Positions 27,737 through 32,000 of a stretch of DNA of 32,000 bases are shown piece by piece. Position 1 is the stretch's first letter. Each line of letters opens with the position of its first letter. The translations under genes and the position numbers were made by a program. The notes beneath the pieces are model-generated. The model was not told the origin of the DNA, ran no database searches, and worked only from the letters and a program-made list of their open reading frames with translations. Origin of the DNA: Patescibacteria group bacterium (GTDB lineage: Bacteria > Patescibacteriota > Patescibacteriia > 2-01-FULL-39-33); the NCBI GenBank assembly GCA_041662745.1, contig JBAZRV010000004.1, forward strand, positions 30,001 through 62,000, in the 5' to 3' direction.

Positions 27737-28795
27737 TTAGCAAGTATAAGCCAAATTAGCAATTTTTCGTTGTAACTTATAGCTCTGGCCGTGACTCAAT
27801 AAACCCAAATATGAATTTATGGTCTCCAAACTATGGTTTCCTCTCACTCGCCTGAACATTCTTCTTTTACTCGTCGTCCGAAACACCCGATGGTCAAAAA
27901 AAGTCACCCAGCCAAGAAAGTCCAAACCGGAGTTCAGGGTTTTAATGAATAACTTATCAGGATGAAGCATCAGCTTCATTTTATCTCTCAAATATTCATC
28001 AATTATTGGAATAATATTTTCCAAATATTCTTTATCGTCAGCCATAATCACGAAATCATCGGCATAACGGATATAATGCTTGACTTGCAATTTATGTTTG
28101 ACGAATTGATCAAACTTGTTCATGTAAATATTAACCAAGAGTTGTGAGGTCAGATTGCCTAATGGCAGACCCCTACCACCGCCATTATTCCCACTCTCCC
28201 TCTTGTCATTCCCGCGGAGACGGGAATCCAGGTTATCTTCAATATTATCAAAACTGTCAATTACTTCATCCAATAATCCTAAAATACTTTTATCCGGGAT
28301 ATACTCGGCCAGAATCTCTTTCAATATCCTATGGTCAATATTGGCAAAAAATTTCCTGATGTCACCCTTCAAAATCCAGCAAGTGCGGGTATTATTTTTG
28401 CTGGCGGCATAAGCGAATTCCCTGAACCGAGCCAGGGCCTTGTGCGTGCCCTTGCCCAGTCGGCAAGAATAGGAATCGGCAATGAAAGTCCGATCAAAAA
28501 ACGGATACAAAATCCGATAAATCGCATGGTGAACCAATCTATCGCGGACAGACGCCTTATGAATTTGCCGCGGTTTGGGATCGCAGATCTTAAAGGCCTG
28601 GTAGCCGCCGTGGCGATAAACACCGGTTGCCAAATACCGATGCAATGCGATAAGATTATCCATGAGGCGCAATTGGAATTCCTGCGCGTCTTTTCTGCCC
28701 CTTTTGCCCCTGACAAATTCCTGCCAAGCCAATAATAAATTATCAAGACAAATAATATCTTCAAAAGTATGGCTCAATTTGATTTTCCCGTTCAT
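27737..28795 (-). CDS. DGR-type reverse transcriptase
   Basis: ILKGDIRKFFANIDH, GLPLGNLTSQLLVNIYMNKFDQFVKH, YIRYADDFVIM, LGWVTF; start set at MNGKIKLSHTFEDII with AAAGGA about 8 nt upstream. Confidence 0.95.
   Translation of the reverse strand: MNGKIKLSHTFEDIICLDNLLLAWQEFVRGKRGRKDAQEFQLRLMDNLIALHRYLATGVYRHGGYQAFKICDPKPRQIHKASVRDRLVHHAIYRILYPFFDRTFIADSYSCRLGKGTHKALARFREFAYAASKNNTRTCWILKGDIRKFFANIDHRILKEILAEYIPDKSILGLLDEVIDSFDNIEDNLDSRLRGNDKRESGNNGGGRGLPLGNLTSQLLVNIYMNKFDQFVKHKLQVKHYIRYADDFVIMADDKEYLENIIPIIDEYLRDKMKLMLHPDKLFIKTLNSGLDFLGWVTFFDHRVFRTTSKRRMFRRVRGNHSLETINSYLGLLSHGQSYKLQRKIANLAYTC
28203..28233. repeat. short form of the dispersed palindromic repeat, inserted in frame in the RT gene
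   Basis: ttgtcattcccgcggagacgggaatccaggt encodes DSRLRGNDK on the minus strand; termini match the repeat at 16989-17034. Confidence 0.75.
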
Positions 28796-29183
28796 AATAA
28801 TTCCTTTAATTACCCCCCCCCCGACGGAAGATTTATCAATCATCAAAAAACTCGTTGAGACCTTTAAGCTCTGGCACGGCTATGTAAAGCATTTCCCCAA
28901 AACCTCCCGCTATTCGTTGGGCGGAAAAATAGACGGCCTGTTTTCTGATCTGATTGAATCGGCATACACCGCCGGCTATCTGCCCCAAACGGAAAAACTG
29001 CCGTTCATAGAAAAATCCATCGACAAACTGAATTTGCTTAATTTTTTTATGCAAATCGCCTGGGAGCTGAAGGCGTTTGACAACAACAAATACAAAAATA
29101 TTTCCTTATTGCTTAATGAAATCGGCCGAATGCTGGGCGGCTGGCGCAAACGGATAAAAAAAGAAACTTCCGCCCCAAAATAA
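28779..29183 (+). CDS. avd: Avd-like accessory variability determinant (four-helix-bundle) of the DGR; start codon uncertain
   Basis: SIIKKLVETFKLWHGYVKHFPKTSRYSLGGKIDGLFSDLIESAYTAGYLPQTEKLPFIEKSIDKLNLLNFFMQIAWELKAFDNNKYKNISLLLNEIGRMLGGWRKRIKK resembles bAvd/S23-type proteins (FPKxxRYxLGxKI). No in-frame ATG near the domain; TTG 28779 is the nearest in-frame candidate. Confidence 0.85.
   Translation: MIFPFIIIPLITPPPTEDLSIIKKLVETFKLWHGYVKHFPKTSRYSLGGKIDGLFSDLIESAYTAGYLPQTEKLPFIEKSIDKLNLLNFFMQIAWELKAFDNNKYKNISLLLNEIGRMLGGWRKRIKKETSAPK
28813..28822 (+). repeat. C10 homopolymer between RT start and Avd domain
   Basis: aattaCCCCCCCCCCgacgg. Confidence 0.85.
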
Positions 29184-29194
29184 CCGGGCGGAAG
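29167..29194. terminator. 9-bp perfect GC-rich hairpin adjacent to TR, overlapping the Avd stop codon
   Basis: CTTCCGCCC caaaataacc GGGCGGAAG. Confidence 0.6.
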
Positions 29195-29203
29195 AATGGA
29201 GAG

Positions 29204-29336
29204 ATTTGCGGAAACAAACGCGAAACGGTTGTCGCTATTGTAGAAATTGTCAGGCCTGCCATTGTTGGCATTAAGCCACGGCTCATCGTCATTACGTTTG
29301 ACGTTGAACACATTCGGGTTGCCGTCCGAGTCGGTT
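29204..29336 (-). repeat. DGR template repeat (TR)
   Basis: Ungapped match to VR 29666-29798; in the 130-nt core 24 differences, all at TR adenines on the minus strand (T on +), none at the other 94 positions. Coordinates ±1-2. Confidence 0.96.
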
Positions 29337-29656
29337 AAATGTCCAAAACGCCGCCAAAACCACCGCCCCTTGATCCGCCGGCTGACGGACTCTCGGGACT
29401 GAATCTTATCCGTGAGCTAAACTCACTTAGCGCCTTAGACCAAGTATCTTCATTTTTAGCAATTATAATTGATACTGGCAAAAGGCGTGCCCGTTGCCAC
29501 TCCGCAAATTATAATTGCAGAATTCGATCATCCGAAGCCGTAACCGCAGATATGTCAATCTACTATCCTAAATATATTTTAACAAACAAAAATAAAAATA
29601 AAAAGGAATTAAGGGTTTAAGGATTAAAGAATAACAATACTTAAGATTTTAAGGAT

Positions 29657-31552
29657 TTAAGTGTTACTTGCGGAAACAAACGCGAAACGGCTGACGCCAT
29701 AGTAGAAACGGCCAGGCCCGCCACAGTAGGCACCAAGCCACGGCTCACCGCCACTACGCTCGACGTCGAACACACTCGGGTCGCCGCCCGAGCCGGAAAT
29801 TGGTTCCATACCGATTAAAATCCATTCGCCCAGCGGTTGGTCAGTATATTGTAAACGAAGCTGGGGGCCGGTTTCCGGCGGGCAGAATTCTAAGCCGAGT
29901 TTCTTGGCTTGTTCGTAAATATCCTTGAGCTTGGCGCCGCCTTTGAAACCCAAATCCGCAACAGCCAAGATAATTAACTTTTCTTTGGTTTCTTTTTTGG
30001 CCACGGCAAATTCCGGCTTGCCCATTATGTCTTTGGCCCAATCACTGGTCTGCCCGCCTTTTTTCTCTATGGCTTTAATGAAATCATCTTTGGTTTTTAG
30101 TCCGGTGCCCAGTTCAATGGTTTTCTGTTTGATTCGGCCCTCGGGGAATTCAGTGTAAATATGTTCCAGGTTTGAGGGCAATAGTTTGAAGATGTTGAGG
30201 AATAATTCGCCGACATAGACCTTAATGTCTTTTTCTTGTTTAAGCGCTTGCTCTAATTCCTGTTTGTTGTGGATAATCTGGCTCGGTTTGCAGTCAAAAA
30301 TTACGAGCATGTCGGCATTCTTGTCCCGTTGACCCCGCAGTTCTTTGATGCGCGGATCTTTCTGGTAGCCAAAGCCCTCAATCGGCGAATTTATTTCGTA
30401 AAGGAAGATGAGATCTTCTTTGTCTAATGACTTACCTTGCCGGATTTTCTTATCCAGAGCGGTTAAGCGGCTCATGTCCTGCGATTTCTTCTCGTAGCTC
30501 TCATGTCCGGGCAGAGTTCTGGCTTTATCTTGGGCGATATCCACTAAAGCCGGTTCAAGATTTTGTTCCGCATTAATACCCCCAATTTCAGCTATTTGAT
30601 CATTCTGCATTCTGATGGCGATGCGGGGAATCTTAGGTTGGCCTTGATCATTATTGCTGTAATACACATAAAAATCGCCTTCTTTTAATTGCGCCTGGGC
30701 CGTGCTTTCTCCGGCCGTGCACCAGCCCGTGCCGTGGCCTTGGAGTGACTGGCATAGTTTTTGGTAGTCGTCGCCTTGATCGTATTTGACCCATTGGCCC
30801 TGGATATTTTCCTTTTGCTCTTGGCTGGCGGGGGTAACTTTTTCAATGGCATAGGCGTAAAGCTTGGCGAAATTGGCGCCTTCCAGTATTTTGCCCAGTT
30901 CTGCATTGATTGGCGAAGACGCGTTATCCACACCATGCCGTTTATTGACAATATCCAAAACCAAAGCCAAGGCCTCGCGGTTAAGATCGGGAAAAACGCC
31001 CCGAGTGAATTGGCTGCGTTTTTTGAATTCGTGCTTCTGCTTATCAAATTCAGCCAGGCCAGTCACGGAACGAAGGGCAAAATACTTGAGCCAAGTCGGA
31101 TACATGGCATCTTCCGACGACAGGTAATCAAACCAGTTGCTTAAGCCGGCCTCCTGGTCTTTGACCGCGGATTCCAAAATCTGCTCCTGCATTTCCCGGG
31201 TTACTTCAATATCGCCATGGCCTTGTTCGCGGGCGACGCGCTTGTCCAAATCAAAAAAATTACCCGGTAAATCGTCAATGGTTTTATGGCGCAAGGGAAT
31301 GGCCGAATCTAGGATTTTATTCTTAAGGTAATCCAACCTGAATTCCCTAAGATTTTGGCCCTTGAGATATTCCTCTTCCGGCGTAGAAAAAATTTCCTCC
31401 AAACGATCCAGGTAAGTGCCAAGTCGGCCTTCCGGAGTATTAGCGACTTTTTCGCCGACACGGATTTTTTTGCGCGCTGAAGCAGACGCCACTTCTGGAG
31501 TTTTTTGCAGATCTTCAAATTTATTATGGAGAAAACGTTCTGGGGAGGGCAT
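29657..31552 (-). CDS. DGR target (variable) protein, C-terminal C-type-lectin-like VR domain, N-terminal region of unknown function
   Basis: 631 aa; C-terminus LGLEFCPPETGPQLRLQYTDQPLGEWILIGMEPISGSGGDPSVFDVERSGGEPWLGAYCGGPGRFYYGVSRFAFVSASNT encoded by the VR; no signal peptide or TM segment. Confidence 0.93.
   Translation of the reverse strand: MPSPERFLHNKFEDLQKTPEVASASARKKIRVGEKVANTPEGRLGTYLDRLEEIFSTPEEEYLKGQNLREFRLDYLKNKILDSAIPLRHKTIDDLPGNFFDLDKRVAREQGHGDIEVTREMQEQILESAVKDQEAGLSNWFDYLSSEDAMYPTWLKYFALRSVTGLAEFDKQKHEFKKRSQFTRGVFPDLNREALALVLDIVNKRHGVDNASSPINAELGKILEGANFAKLYAYAIEKVTPASQEQKENIQGQWVKYDQGDDYQKLCQSLQGHGTGWCTAGESTAQAQLKEGDFYVYYSNNDQGQPKIPRIAIRMQNDQIAEIGGINAEQNLEPALVDIAQDKARTLPGHESYEKKSQDMSRLTALDKKIRQGKSLDKEDLIFLYEINSPIEGFGYQKDPRIKELRGQRDKNADMLVIFDCKPSQIIHNKQELEQALKQEKDIKVYVGELFLNIFKLLPSNLEHIYTEFPEGRIKQKTIELGTGLKTKDDFIKAIEKKGGQTSDWAKDIMGKPEFAVAKKETKEKLIILAVADLGFKGGAKLKDIYEQAKKLGLEFCPPETGPQLRLQYTDQPLGEWILIGMEPISGSGGDPSVFDVERSGGEPWLGAYCGGPGRFYYGVSRFAFVSASNT
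29666..29798 (-). repeat. DGR variable repeat (VR) at the 3' end of the target gene
   Basis: See TR entry; ends 9 nt before the target stop codon. Confidence 0.96.
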
Positions 31553-31558
31553 ACGGAT

Positions 31559-32000
31559 TTAACTAATTTTCTCTTTAACCCACTCCTTCAACTCCTCTAC
31601 TTTAATAAGTTCTTGCTTCATGGTGTCGCGGTTACGGACAGTAACAGTACCTTTTTCCAAAGTGTCAAAATCAACCGTAATGCAGTAAGGCGTGCCGATT
31701 TCATCCTGCCGGCGATAGCGTTTGCCCACATTGCCGTTATCGTCAAACTCGCATTTGAATTCGCTTTTCAGGCTAGCAAAAATCTCCCGCGCCTTGGCCA
31801 CCAATTCCGACTTATTCTTAAGCAAGGGAAAAATCGCCACCTTAACCGGCGCGATCCTGGCCGGAAACTTCAACACCACGCGGACATCATCGCCTTCAAG
31901 TTTTTCTTCGGTATAAGCGGCAGAGAGAGCTACGAGCACTGAGCGATCCAAACCGAAAGTCGGTTCCAAAACATGAGGCAAATATTTCCGGCCGGCCTGC
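31559..32000 (-). CDS. glyS: glycyl-tRNA synthetase, C-terminal part (truncated by window edge)
   Basis: PHVLEPTFGLDRSVLVALSAAY...LKFPARIAPVKVAIFPLL...GNVGKRYRRQDEIGTPYCITVDFDTLEKGTVTVRNRDTMKQ. Confidence 0.93.
   Translation of the reverse strand, partial: QAGRKYLPHVLEPTFGLDRSVLVALSAAYTEEKLEGDDVRVVLKFPARIAPVKVAIFPLLKNKSELVAKAREIFASLKSEFKCEFDDNGNVGKRYRRQDEIGTPYCITVDFDTLEKGTVTVRNRDTMKQELIKVEELKEWVKEKIS

Noticed and set aside
27737-28795. RT as group II intron maturase or retron RT
   Set aside because: The GLPLGNLTSQ motif, adjacent Avd-like protein and adenine-specific TR/VR pair fit a DGR; I saw no intron domain V-like structure, maturase/endonuclease domain or retron msr/msd.
28976-29311. 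Minus-strand ORF MFNVKRNDDEPWLNANNGRPDNFYNSDNRFAFVSA...
   Set aside because: Its first part is the translated TR; the rest is antisense to Avd. It is non-coding template, not a second target gene.
29339-29620. Plus-strand 93-aa ORF MSKTPPKPPPLDPP...
   Set aside because: No recognisable domain, proline/low-complexity start, AT-rich tail; more likely spacer/regulatory DNA upstream of the TR.

Overview
This window looks like a chromosomal segment of a Patescibacteria/CPR-type bacterium (inference from gene style and content). Housekeeping genes: rsmA, der, pth, dprA, topA, a RelA/SpoT-family gene, parB/parA, three intact tRNAs, GT4, M16 peptidase and the C-terminal end of glyS. The left edge is a very large Cys-rich exported protein on the minus strand, open from position 1 to about 4423 and absent from the supplied ORF track. 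The most important observation is a complete diversity-generating retroelement (DGR) at about 27.7-31.6 kb. It has a YADD reverse transcriptase with the GLPLGNLTSQ motif, an Avd-like helical protein on the opposite strand, a ~130-bp template repeat (TR, ~29204-29336) and a matching variable repeat (VR, 29666-29798) at the 3' end of a 631-aa target gene. Reading 130 aligned TR/VR positions, I count 24 differences. All fall at TR adenines (coding = minus strand), out of 36 adenines, and none of the 94 other positions differ. Instance-specific oddities: inverted Avd between TR and RT, a C10 homopolymer that puts the best Avd ATG out of frame by one base, a dispersed palindromic repeat inserted in frame in the RT, a soluble-looking target directly behind glyS, and a NYN nuclease gene behind the RT. 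Other points of interest: an accessory island (18.2-23.6 kb) with a Panacea-like antitoxin/unknown partner pair, B12-binding-type radical SAM protein and large serine recombinase; a GIY-YIG ORF between an intact tRNA-Leu and a tRNA-Leu remnant split by a 20-bp perfect palindrome; and a structured pth-dprA intergenic region. All coordinates were hand-counted; the TR region may be off by 1-2 nt.
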